64,000 nucleotides of DNA, taken from NCBI RefSeq assembly GCF_009914755.1, contig NC_060938.1. The stretch is one strand, 5' to 3'. Below are positions 47,993 to 64,000 of the stretch, piece after piece. The translations under genes were made by a program, and so were the position numbers. The stretch comes from the human T2T-CHM13v2.0 reference genome, Homo sapiens. Every line of letters begins with the position of its first letter. Position 1 is the stretch's first letter. Below the pieces are notes generated by a model. The model was not told where the DNA came from and searched no databases. It was given only the letters and a program-made list of their open reading frames with translations.

Positions 47993-49627
47993 ATCTTTGT
48001 GGTTCCCCGCTCCCAGAAAAATCTAGATACATTTCTTTATCATCTCTCAGTAGCATTGGGTAGACTTTTTTTTCCCCCAGTCCTTCCCTTCACTGAAGGT
48101 CACAGTCCTGGTTTTATGCCAGGATCTTAGCTTCAATTCCACACTTTATGCTAGCTCAAAGTCTTGTCTTCTGTTTCTAACTGAGCATCAGAACTCAAGT
48201 TTCTGTGTTACAAAGGCCTATACTCTCTTTTTCTTTCTTAGATGCTTATCTATTAAAAATATTTGTATGTTTATCTAGTTTTTCTAGGTGTTTATAGGAG
48301 GAGGAATTGCAGGTTATCTAGTTTTCCATCTTAACAGCACTTGTCTTTGCTCCTGTTACGCTTTCAAGAAACAGGAGTCAAGTTATCCCTTGTGCCTGAG
48401 CTGCTTTGTGTATCTGCTATCCCTCCAGCAGGAAACAGGCAAATGCCTGGGCAAAGCAAAGCTTGAAAATGGTAAAATTCATCTTTAGCGCCTTCTCATC
48501 CAGAGCTTTCTCTCCTACCTCTCCAGTCCTCTGGAGCATCTTGTTTGTCCTTCCTCATTGAACCCTGCCCTTCCAGGATGCTCCATAGCCCTTCCAGGAC
48601 TTGTCATTTGCTGTGCTTTTCCCTCTGCTTTTTGTGGAAATATGCCTCACCAGTATCTCTGCACTGTCCAAAGTGTCCAGGTGACAATTAGCTAATCTGA
48701 TAAGCTCATTCATGCTAATGTGCTAATGAAAGAGGACTACAGAAGATGGCTGTCCTTCCCCTACCTCCTAATCAGGGGCTCTTCTTCTCCTGCCAGGTAA
48801 CATATGTGCATAGCAGCAGTGAGCTTCTAGAGACCGCGACCCGGCTTTAGTGGTCTAACCTGGAGGATTGACGTTAATGGAATGAGATTTTTAAGTCAAG
48901 TAGGAGGAACAGCCAAGTTGAGGCAGGCAGAAGAGGGTTAGAATCAGGCAAAAATGACCCTCAGATCATTTGTGAGTGCCTACGAAGTAGAGGTTGCATT
49001 AACCCTTTCATTTCTAAAATGTAAAGAATAGAGAGTATTTCTTGGAACGTCTCTTTGCTGCATCAAAATTATTCTTATCGGAAATCCCCCTACAAAGCAA
49101 GAACCAGAACTAAGCAGAACCGATAATAGATTGGGTACATGACTACACATTCTGATATTTTCATTTTGCTGATTCCATGGGATAAGTCTACACCCCTTTT
49201 AGGGGATGGGCAAGAAAGAGATGGGTCCTTAAATTGGAGGCTAGAACATGTTCGTTTTAGACAAAATAGAGAAGGAGTGGTAACTGTTTGTCTCACCTTC
49301 TTTCTGGGTCTCATTCTATTGCATCCCAATCTCAGAAGAGTTAGGGTGTCAGCTCTTAGAAGGTGGTATAGAGGTGAGACAGGCTCATGCGGAGCTTCAG
49401 TGGGACTGATTGTGCCTTTGAGCCTCAGAGAGAAAGCCACATCTTGTAAGAAAGAGTATACAGGTATATGCATATTTATTTTATTGTTTCCCTATTTTCA
49501 CAAAACAAATGTTTTGGTCTAGTTGTTACTAACTATGCTATGTGGTCTAATGAGAGGGTAGACTTTGATAACTGTGTATTTGTTACAGCTAATTGATAAA
49601 TGTAACTGCCTTGAAGACATCTTATTA

Positions 49628-49973
49628 CGGGGATCCCCAATGCCAGGGCCACGGATGGTGCCAGTCTGTGGCCTGTTAGGACCTGGGCCGCACAGCAGGA
49701 GGTGAGCGGTGCTGGGCAAGCGAGCATTACCGCCTGAGCTCCCCTTCCTGTCAGATCAGTGGTGGCATTACATTCTTACAGAAGCGCAAACCCTATTGTG
49801 AGCTGCCCATGTGAGGGATCTAGGTTGCATGCTCCTTATGAGACTCTAACTAATGCCTGATGATGTGATGTGGAACAGTTTCATCCCAAAACCACTTTCC
49901 CCACCCTCAGGTCCATGGAAAAATTTTCTTCCATGAAACCTCTCTCTGGTGCCAAAAAGGTTGGGGACCACAG
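49628..49973 (+). mobile_element. MER1B (hAT-Charlie)
   Basis: ggggatcccc..gcacagcaggaggtgagc..ggtgccaaaaaggttggggaccac; TSD (t/c)cttatta. Confidence 0.9.
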
Positions 49974-49991
49974 CCTTATTAGATAGAATAC

Positions 49992-50437
49992 TGTGGCCGG
50001 CATCTTCCTTTTGCACCTTCTCTATCCACTCTCTATGTTCCCCTGCCTTCTCTCTCCTCTGGAGGCTGACCTATATGAATCGTATCAATAGGTTCTCTTG
50101 CCATTTGACCTCTGGTTGGGTTTGGCCGATGGGGCATACTGGTAGGAGGCTGGAGAGCAGGATGAGAGTGGTGCGTTGATATTCCGGGTTCCCTTCTTAC
50201 AGGTTTGTTACAGGCTGGCTTTTCCTCCCTTACCTCCTCTAGAAGCCCCTCTCCACACAGCCTTCCTTTCTTTGGCTTCTGCTCTCTGCTCTTTCCTTCC
50301 TAGCCCTGAACACCTTTCTCTCTTTGTGGTTTCCTTATGCTCTGCCCAAACCTTTGTAAAGAGTTCCTTTATGAAACTCCTCAAATTGTCCTAATTTGAG
50401 TGTGCCATCTGTTTCCCACTGGGAAGCTGACTGATAA
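49992..50437 (+). mobile_element. LTR33-like ERVL solo LTR
   Basis: ggaggctgacctatatg..ggttgggtttggcc..aatttgagtgtgccatctgtttcc..ctgactgata. Confidence 0.82.
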
Positions 50438-50489
50438 AACTCCTGAATTCTTCTTTTTATTTTTATTTTTTTTCTTAAAGTAAAAGGTG

Positions 50490-50820
<331 letters not shown>

Positions 50821-50830
50821 AAGTAAAAGG

Positions 50831-50960
50831 TTTTTTAAAAAATTGTGATAAAATATACATAACATAAAATTTACCATTTTGACCATTTTCAGATGTACAG
50901 TTTAGTGGCATTAAGTACATTCACAAAACTTAATGGAGATGGATGGTGGTGATGGTATAA
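50831..50960 (-). mobile_element. L1MB 3' end with short 5' inversion
   Basis: Antisense aaaatatacataacataaaatttacc..ggcattaagtacattcaca, then sense ggagatggatggtggtgatggt. Confidence 0.8.
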
Positions 50961-50970
50961 CCATTAGTAA

Positions 50971-51276
<306 letters not shown>

Positions 51277-51814
51277 AATGTCTTGATTCTTTAGTGGTAA
51301 GAAATCATTACTTCCTTAGAAGTAATAATCTAGTTTCTTCCTGAGGGAATTTTATGGAGCAAAGCCAAATATTGACCAATAATACCTTCAAATGATATCA
51401 GCTGTGCAATTGTTGTAATATTGAAGAGCGTACTCTAATCTTGATAGTCCTTGAGAGGGCCTTTAAAAATATTGTGAAAGATCTCTTTCTTGCATTCACA
51501 GCCATTTATGAATATTGGTGTAAAGACTGAAGAGTCCAGAAGTGTCTTGCCCAGGATCCTCTGAACATGACTCGATTCCTGAGCTAGATGGTCATGGGAA
51601 TAATAAATATCACTTTTGTCATGTGATGGAGACTGAAAGCATTTTGAGGATTGTATTCTAATGAACTTAGACTGACCATATGCTTTATGGAATTACTGAG
51701 CAGAACAAGGACATAACTCCCAATGTCCTGAAGAATATTTGTTCTGTCTTGAGTTTGAGTTTCCCGTTATATGTATTTTACTAATGCTGTGGGCAAAGGT
51801 GTTGAGTCAGAGGA

Positions 51815-52962
<1,148 letters not shown>

Positions 52963-53974
52963 TGGAACATGGGTCTTAATCTCAATTTTGCAGCTCCCAA
53001 ACTCTGGGAACTTAGGCTTGTCCATTACCTGCTCTTTCTGAGAATTATTAGTTTATTAAATTATTAATAGTTTCCTCATCTGTACAATTGCAAACATTCC
53101 ATGGATGATCTTAAAGACTCTTTCACTTCAAAATTATGAGTTCTCTGCCTTCAAAGGACACAGAACATTTGCAATAGAAGCTTTTCTTGAAATTTCTTTG
53201 GAGTAGATATCTTATAGTTTTAGTGTCTACCATCTTTTTATTCTATATAAATAGAAAACTTGAGTCAGCCAAAAGATACCAACACAAGATTTCATTATGA
53301 ATTTTCCATACTTCTTGGCGCTAGCCAAATGGTTTACAAAATGGCAATGTTGAACAGAAGACAGATTTCTGAAATGCAAGGCGCAATGCCCTAATTGCGT
53401 TGTAGATTCCAGTTGGAAACACTAGTTCTCTAAACAATGGTGGCTCATGTTGGTGCCTTTTCGGAAATTCAGTGCTCATCAAAAGCTGTTATCTAGTTTT
53501 AGGTGAAGCAGGGACAGTGAGAAATATAATTAAGGAAACTGTTTGAACTTGTTAGATAGAGCATACTTGTCTTTGGGACCCTCCATTTTGTTTGTTATGT
53601 TTGTTTCAGGGTAGGGTAAAGGTCTCTCAGCATATGAATTCCAGCAATAAGACTGATGCTTCACTTTTCATTGACGCTAAAATTGCTCTTCTAAATAGAG
53701 GCCCTCCTCAGGTTTCTAGGTAAAGCCCTTGGCCAATTGTATACCAATTACACCTTAGAGTTGAATTTCATGGCTCACACTGCCCAGATTTTGAAAGCCA
53801 GAATCTCAGGGGTGTAAATATTAAAAAAACAAAATACATATAGAACACAAAACAAGAAGTTTACAAGTCTGCTGAAAAACTTCCGTCCAGACGAGCCCAT
53901 TTTCTGCCCTACTTCTTCCAAAATAAACCACTGTGACAAGTGATATTGAAATATAAAAATATTGAAAATTCTCT

Positions 53975-54530
53975 GAGCAGATCCTGCTGGTTGCCTATCC
54001 AACAGCTTCTCTTCCTTTCTTCCTTGCTTATGGAACGCTGATCTTGCTCCAGAATTTACACCATTCCAAATTTAGGGCAAATACTGATAGTGTAAATCAT
54101 GATCCCGTTGGCAGTCATTAGTTTAGGGGTGAGTATGTGACCCAAATCTGACCAATAAGATATAAAGGGAGATCTGCTTGAGGGTTCTGCAAAACGTAAT
54201 TTCTTTCTCAAAATGGCACACAAGAAAAGACATTTATTTTTTGTCCAGTGAATGTTGTGTCAGAATATAATTCCCAGACTGTGGTTACTACAGTCATCTT
54301 GTAACCACGAAAGTCCTGTCCTGCAGTCCAAGCCAACACACGGAACATGACAGAGCAGAAAGGTGAAATGAATCTGGGTCCTTGACGATGTTATAGAGTG
54401 GAGAATTTGACCAGCTGCAGCGCCACCTACCTCTGAACTTCTCATCCTGTGCCACAGGAATTGTCCCCATTGTTTAGGCCAGCCTAATCCGAGACCTCTA
54501 CTACCTGAAGCTTAAAATATCTTAATGTAT
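53975..54530 (+). mobile_element. MLT1J-like LTR
   Basis: ggttgcctatccaacagc..tatgtgacccaaatctgaccaataaga..cattgtttaggcca. Confidence 0.7.
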
Positions 54531-54739
54531 CCCTTTCTCATGCATGGCAAGGAAATATTGGCATACCTAACATCCCCACTTCACCTGTGCTTGGGGCTGA
54601 TGCTGCTGTTTCCTGAGATCTGAAAAAATAAAAATAGGTAGTGATACAACTCGACGGGATTGTATCCAGGGTTGTTGAAGCATGGCTGTATCCTGACATA
54701 GCCCTAATCCCTGAGGGGAGAGTGATATTGATGATAAAA

Positions 54740-54915
54740 TTATAGCCGACACTTTCTGAGTGTTCTCTCTATACACGGATACTGTTTTAAGTACTTTATA
54801 TGTGTAAGTCATTTCATCCACAAAGAACTCTATGAGATTGGTGCTGCCATTATTCTCCCTTACACATGAGGAAAATGAGGCACAGAGAGGTGAAGGAATA
54901 TGCCCAAGGCTGCAT
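54740..54915 (-). mobile_element. MIR
   Basis: atgaggaaaatgaggcacagagaggtgaagg..tgcccaagg. Confidence 0.85.
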
Positions 54916-55044
54916 CTTTTATAAGTGTTCAAGAACCTACTATCTCAGTCATTGCGCTCTTTGGCCTTTCCACTCCTGAAGGCCAAAGGGACACCCCTTT
55001 ACTATCAGCAGTCCAGGGGGAAGCAGCCAGTTTTTCCTATTTTC

Positions 55045-55432
55045 TGGTTTCTCTCTCTCTTTCTTTATTCCTTCCTTCCTTCCTTTTTCTTTCTTTCTTC
55101 TTTCTTTCTCTGTTTCTCGCTTGCTTTCTGTCTCTCTCCCCTTCCTTCCTTCCCTCCTTCCTTCCTTCGTCTTTCTTTCTTTCTTCTTTCTTTGTCTTTC
55201 CTTCTTTCTTTCTTCTTTCTTTGTCTTTCCTTCTTCTTTCTTTCTTTTTCTTTCTTTCTTCTTTCTTTGTCTTTCCTTCTTTTTCTTTCTTTCTTCCTTC
55301 CTTCCTTTTCTTTCTTTCTTTTTCTTTTTCTTTCTTTTTTCTTTTCTTTTCTTTTCTTTTCTTTTCTTTTCTTTTCTTTTCTTTTCTTTTCTTTTCTTGT
55401 CTTGTCTTGTCTTTTCTTTTCTTTCTTTTTTT
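55045..55432 (+). repeat. ~390-bp compound polypyrimidine microsatellite (TTCC/TTTC/CTTTT)
   Basis: Seen directly; lies inside the TSD of the adjacent Alu. Confidence 0.97.
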
Positions 55433-55702
55433 GGCGGAGTCTCACTCTGTTGCCCAGGCTGGAGTGCAGAAGTGCAATCTAAGCTCACTGCAAACTCCAC
55501 CAACTGGATTCAAGCAATTCTCATGCCTCAGCCTCCCAAGTAGCTGGGATTACAAGTGCCCATCACCAGGCCCAGCTAATTTTTGTACTTTTAGTAAAGA
55601 CTGAGTTTCGCCATGTTGGCCAGGTTGGTCTTGAACTTGGTGATCTGCTTGCCTTGGCCTCCCAAAGTCCTAGGATTACAGGTATAAGCCACTGTGCCCA
55701 CC
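55433..55702 (-). mobile_element. AluS-like
   Basis: TSD agtttttcctattttc at 55029-55044 and 55705-55720. Confidence 0.9.
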
Positions 55703-55830
55703 CTAGTTTTTCCTATTTTCAAGGGAGCTTTGTGAATAACCTCAGCTGGTTTCACATATGCATTGTTATTTGGGGTCATTCATTCATTCATCAAGCATGT
55801 ATTCAACACAAACTATGCTGTAGGCCTTGA

Positions 55831-56257
<427 letters not shown>

Positions 56258-56659
56258 AGCCTTGAGTATTTAAAGATGAAGAAAACCTAGTTTCTATCCT
56301 CAAGCAACTTAATCTAGTGGGGGTGGGAAAGATCGTTAATTAAACATTGAAAGAGAGAGCACCCTCAATGCTTTAGCTGGCTAAAGTAGTAGCTAGCCTT
56401 TGAGTATGGAGGATGTGTTAGTGAGTTTTGAGGATGTAACATGTAGTAACTATTGAATGATCACACATTCCCTATTTTCCTGATAAGGTTACTAAGGAAG
56501 AGTTCAGTCCAACATCCCACAGCCGGTCAGTGGCGGAGGTTGAACCTAAGCAACCTTGCTGGTGCTGGAAACCACTGTGCTGGGTGTATATATCCTGGTG
56601 GGAGCTGAGGAGCAACTGCTTCCAGCTGGACAGGGCGGTTGCACAAAAGGGCTCTGGCA

Positions 56660-57000
56660 TGCTTCATAGATGAAGTGATTTTTAAACTAAACCTGGAAGA
56701 GTAAATGTAATGCAGGTACCATGAAAGGGAAACCAATTGAGAATTAAAAGAAAAAAAGATAATGGAAGAAAGGGCATTCCAGATAGGAAAAAAGCAGCAT
56801 GTGCAAAGGTAGGAAGGCTTCAGGGAGCCATGGAATACTCACGGAATGGTAAGTTTTGGGGGGCTTCCACGTGGTGTGTGAAGGATGGAATGATGGGAGA
56901 TGCAGGGGGTGGAAGGCCCTTTTGTATATATGAGGAGTCTACATTTTATTTTGTAAACAATAGGGGGCACACTGAAAATGTTAAGGGCAGAGAGAGACAA
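56660..57000 (-). mobile_element. L2 fragment
   Basis: aagggcattccagatagg..cagcatgtgcaaagg. Confidence 0.7.
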
Positions 57001-57291
57001 GAGCTTCTTTTACAGTGATTTAAATGAAAAGTAAGGAACAGGAGCCTTGGGACTTTAAGATGTCTAATATTGACAGATGAGTGGGGGAGGTCAGAGTGGA
57101 GGGACAGTGTAGGTGAACACTTTGGAAGTAAGTAGACCTATTTGGGGGCTGTTGCTGTTATCTGATGACCATCCAGCCTAGGACTCAAGAATGATTTTTA
57201 GATTTTTAAAAGGTTATTAAACAAAGAAAAAAAGCATAGAAAAATATGCAGCAGAATATGACAGAATATGTGGCCTGCAAAACCTAAAATA

Positions 57292-58138
<847 letters not shown>

Positions 58139-58829
58139 TATTTATCATCTGTCCCTTTACAGAAAATGTGCTAAGTTAAAGCTGGTGGTGCCCTGCAAGT
58201 GGGAAGGGGAGGAAGGGGAGGAAGAGGAGGCCGGTCCTCCTTAAAGCCCTTAGGAATCCTGGCCAGAAAGAGCTGGGGAATGAGAGTGGATGTTAAGGCT
58301 GAATCAAGGAATTCTGGTTTGGACAACTGCGTTTTCAGAAGTATCATCACCAACATACAAAATACAGCAGGGAAGATCTGGACAGGGGCAGGAAAGTAGA
58401 GAGATTCACTGATTTGGGACCTGACGCTATGAAGTGTCCACAAGACATCCAGGTCAAGATGGTTGGGAGATACGCTACACTGAGCAATCTTCTGTGTCTG
58501 CTCCCCTGTGATCTAAAATATAAATTCCTTAAGGGCAAAGATTATACAACTCTTTCATATAGACCCTGGTACATAATAGGCTCTGGATCAAGTGTGTTGA
58601 GCTTACTGAACTCTAGACAGTTGAATTTAGGAGACTCAGTGAGATCTAGGTTGGAGAAAGAGTCTTATGTCATTGGCTTGTAGGTGGTAACTAAAGTGTG
58701 GAGGTTTATGGCATATTTAATATACACTTAGTGCAATGTGAAGTTGCGTCTTGACATGATTTGTTTGGCTGTCCAATTAAAAGCAAGTCCCTCCTGAGTC
58801 AGCATGTATCACTTTTGATTCTATTTGCA

Positions 58830-59010
58830 GAGAGGCAGGAGAGCACAGCGGTTAGGAGCCAGGGCTTGTGGCCAGGCAGCTTGAGTTTGAAAACCCACCT
58901 CCTCTGCTTCCTAGGTGTGAACAAATCATTCAACTTCTTTGTGGCTTAGTAAGTCATCTATAAAATGGAGATAATAATAATACCTGTTAGAGAGTTGCGA
59001 AGCTTAATAA
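58830..59010 (+). mobile_element. MIR
   Basis: cagcggttaggagc..tcatctataaaatggagataataata. Confidence 0.8.
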
Positions 59011-59086
59011 TACATGTATATGTTTGGAAAGACCTACTATCTGTTCTTCAAACAGCAGCCAGAGTTATCCTTTTAAAAAATAAGTC

Positions 59087-59730
<644 letters not shown>

Positions 59731-59744
59731 CTAAAAAATAAGTC

Positions 59745-60215
59745 ATATCATGTCAGGCCACTGATAAAAACTCTCCAATGGCTCAGGTAAAGCCAAAGTC
59801 CCATGGCCCACCGCACCTTACCTTCCTGAGCTCATCTCCCTCTGTTCACCTTGCTCCAGCCACTCCAGCCTCCTTGCTACCTTCTCAAACTCACTACAGA
59901 CACTCCTGCCTCAGGGCCTTTGCACTCACTTTCCTTCTGCCTGGAGCACTCTTCTCCAAGATATCAGCATGTCTTTCTTCCATCTCCTTTGAGCCTCCAT
60001 TCAAATGTCACCGCCCTTTTCTGAACAGCACACACTCTCTCTCCTGAATTCCTTCTATGCTATTTTACCAGAAGAGTTCTCACATGCTAATGTACTACAT
60101 AACTTATTTCATTTATTATCTGCCTTCTCCCACTGGAATGTAAGCTTCATGGGAACTGAAATACCACTGAATTTTTATGAGTGATGCCTACTATATAGTA
60201 AGTACTCAATCCATG
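59745..60215 (+). mobile_element. L2a 3' end
   Basis: gctccagccactccagcctccttgct..cctcagggcctttgcact..ccactggaatgtaagcttcatg. Confidence 0.85.
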
Positions 60216-62219
60216 TTAGCTGTGGTGGTTCCCAAAAATGTCTTGTACTACGTTGTTCTAAGTACAGTTGATGACACACAGCTACCTCTCACTCTGTACC
60301 TCCCCCACCATCCCAGCCCCAGCAACACAGAGGGGAGAGTGGTAAGAGCAGGCATCAATGTCTGTTCCCTGACTCCCTCCATCCATAAGCCCCGAGAGGG
60401 TCTCCACTTCACCAGTCTTGTACAGCCTTTTTTGTTAAATGCAGGGATTTGGAAAAATAGGCAAAATAGACAAATGCTTCAGGAGAGTACAAAACCCATT
60501 TGTAGTCTTTCAGAACTGGTTTAACAACCCAAAGAAGAAAATTTGTGTATACACAGTATTGCTGTTCTCTTGATATTAAATTAGTATTAAAATGGGATGG
60601 AAACTGCTCTTCTATTGGGCTCCTATGGAGACGGACAAAGCAATTTAAGAGAAAAAGCAGCTGCCCTCAGCAGTAGGCTCAGAAATGTCAATTTTAATTA
60701 AAACATTTATTTTCAAATACATTTCATGGTTCATATGTAGTGATATGTGCCTACTTCATGCAAATATTCAAACTGCTGGGCTGAGGAAATTGAAGAAAGG
60801 CATTTTGATAAAGAGCAGTATGTTCAAAACAAAGAGATGCAAAGAAAAGAAAATCCACATCATGCTTCCATTTTTCCTTAGTCCACCTGCCACATTGTTT
60901 CTCATGGACTTGCCCACTGATATGTAAAGGCCAGGGAACTCCACTGTAGAAATCTGGATGTTAGTGGGTCATCGTGGGCATTGGTAGGACATCCCCTCAC
61001 TCTTATGTGAGTCCTGCTTTGTGTACAATTCCTGTTTACTTCAGTAGAAGAACCACCCCTCCCCCAGTGTTTCCAGATCAGAAGAAAACAACCAAAATAG
61101 CCAACTCCCAATTCAAAATTCTTCCAAACTCTGTCTTTCCCTGAGTACTATTTTAGGTTTGAGTCATTAAAGCTGCAGAGAGGTGTCCAAATTTTACGAT
61201 TACCTTCTGAGCTCACCTCTCCTCTTGCTCTCTGCCCTGCAGAGCTCACGCACCTGCCAAACTTCTGTTGACTTCCCAGGGAAACCGGTCATGACTTCAA
61301 CATGGCCAAAAATCACTGAAACAAAAATGTGGCCAGCTTAAATAAGTGGTAATTTAGGCTAAGAATTTCTGAAAATTTTGCTCAAATTTCTGTAAGGATT
61401 TTTATGAATACATTTTGATTTACCAGAATTTAGCATTGGAATATTATTAATAATACAATCTGTACATGTGCTATGCTAAAAAAAAATCATTGTCATTAGG
61501 TTAAAATCAAAGACAACCAGCAATATTTATCAATGTGATGTGTCTTTTATCTTGTAGTCTGAGGAGTGTGTTTCTGATTAAGGTATATTCTAAAATTTGA
61601 GCAAATTATTACATATAAATACAGTTGCATCGATTGCTGCTCTCAATATGCTTTTAACCTCTTCGGAGGAGCCATTAACATCACAGTCAGAAACACATAG
61701 TCAAGTCCAGAGAATGTATGCAGGTATCGTAATTGGCTGTGTATGCCAGTGCTAAGCACTTTTACAAATTATCAAATGTTCCAATTTATAAGTTGTGAGA
61801 GTTTGATTTTGTATTTAGTGATGTTGATAGTATACTTCCATTTTATTTCTGAGCTCATTTTAAAATGCTTTTGACTTTTGCTCTTTGATTTTAAAAGTAT
61901 ACTAAGTTATAATCAATACTTTATTAAACCCAAGCATTATTCCCTCCCTAGAGTTACAAACACACACACACATACATAGACACATACACACATGCACACA
62001 TAGCATTTTGATTAAGAGCTCTGATAAAGGAAGGGAGACCCTGGCAACTGTAATCTTTTGGATTGTGAGAAGGGCTATTTGTTCCCTGGGCTATCTGGTG
62101 ACAACATACATATATTCTGGCAGAGTGAACTGAGTGGTGCATCAATACCACAGAAAAGTACATGGATCAAGTTTAAGAGAATCAACCTGGGATACTTGAC
62201 ATTCACAAATGAAAAGAAG

Positions 62220-62690
62220 ACACTTACTAAATGTTGACCATGTTGAACCAGGTGGTCTTCTAAGAGTTTTACACCTAATCCTACCCATATTACTTTGAGA
62301 GAGGTATTATGATGGTTCCCATTTTCCAGATGAGAAAACTATCACAGAAAGGTTGAGTAAGTTGCCTCACATCATATAACTAGTCAAAGATTTGAATCCA
62401 GGCAATCTGCTTTTAAATACTCATGTTTAATAAAAACATAGGATGTGTCATTCTACAACATTCCTTTCCATGAGATGGTGTTTGGTTGCTCATAGCATAG
62501 TGGTTAAAAGGGCAGGCTTTCAAGCCCACTGCTAGGTTCAACTGTGTGACCTTGAACAAGATACGTAACTTCTCTGTGCCTCAGTTTTCTGCTTGGTAAA
62601 ATGGGGGTGACGTGAGGATTAAATGAGTTGGTACACAGCAAGCATTTATAGAGGCTAGTTATTGTTGTGACTAGTTCTGCTACTATCAAC
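62220..62690. mobile_element. Two MIRs in opposite orientation (62220-62420 minus, 62490-62690 plus)
   Basis: cccattttccagatgagaaaact versus ctctgtgcctcagttttc..gtaaaatgggg. Confidence 0.8.
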
Positions 62691-62757
62691 CTAGTAAGAG
62701 AGTAGATTAAGAGCACATTGTACTTACAGAGGCCAGTAAAGCCTAAGGTATTTTTTT

Positions 62758-63452
<695 letters not shown>

Positions 63453-64000
63453 TAAATAATGTGGCTTATCCTCTTTTTATAAAAGGAGAGTAGATGTTTT
63501 TCAGCCCCTGATTTTTGTATATATCTGGCATCCAAGTTGATGTAACCTATCACTTACTATGAACTTCAGCCTTCAGATCTCTATTTTTTTGTTCCTTCAC
63601 CCACATTTTTGTTAGTTCTCTTCCTAACATCTTTGGAAATCCAGTCAGGGTTAAGTTCAGCAAAACCATGTGTCGCAGGAGAAATGGTAAAGGATCAGGT
63701 TAGCAGGCTGCCCAGATGAAGCAATAAATTTATCAAGAAAAAAACTGCAAAAATCATGGGTAATGTGCATAGTATTTGCCCTGATAAAGCGTCTGACACA
63801 AGCCTGTGGAAAAGCAAACACGTTATGTGCTCCATGTTCATGTGGTTCAGTTAAGCAAAGAAGAGACAGGATCTTCAGAACCAAAGGATGTGAAGAAATG
63901 GAGCTTTTTTTCATCACAATTAGCCATCAGGGTGGAAGCCAGTTATTACCAATATAGTAGATAGAATCATTCTCTGCATCAGTAGAAGTCTTTATGCCCT

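Noticed and set aside
48781-48802. Possible recursive splice site (pyrimidine tract, cag|gtaaca)
   Set aside because: Short tract, an upstream AG close by, and a donor lacking the usual GTAAG/GTGAG
54900-55604. Longest ORFs (up to 234 aa, F/S/L- or K/R/E-rich)
   Set aside because: Stop-free low-complexity tract plus Alu
58201-58230. G-rich purine run as a G-quadruplex
   Set aside because: Only three runs of three or more G; not a canonical motif

Overview
This is primate (human-like) nuclear genomic DNA: AT-rich, repeat-dense, and with no recognisable protein-coding exon of ordinary size. It carries about 43 Alu-family copies spanning the lineage (7SL retrocopy, FAM, FLAM, AluJ, AluS, AluY). 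It also has MIR and L2 relics, old L1 3' ends, MaLR/ERVL LTRs (MLT1, LTR33), DNA transposons (MER20, MADE1, Tigger2a-like, MER58, MER53, MER1B, MER6A) and a U6 retropseudogene. The supplied ORFs are repeat-derived, low-complexity or unsupported. The first 2.1 kb holds the only gene-like signals, all on the + strand: a candidate in-frame 21-nt microexon (2012-2032), a candidate alternative terminal exon with poly(A) site (853-~1635) and another strong acceptor (520). This suggests the remainder is one very long intron of a gene I cannot identify. The best sequence-supported oddities are a 148-bp probable gene-conversion tract between two Alus 12.6 kb apart, a tailless Alu with target-site duplication (TSD), two twin-primed ancient L1 ends, a trimeric Alu, overlapping mutually exclusive hairpins, a (GGAA)15 microsatellite, a CpG-retaining candidate regulatory element and an RFX X-box. 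I found no evidence of a wholly new biological system. Subfamily names are from recalled consensus sequences, and repeat boundaries are approximate.
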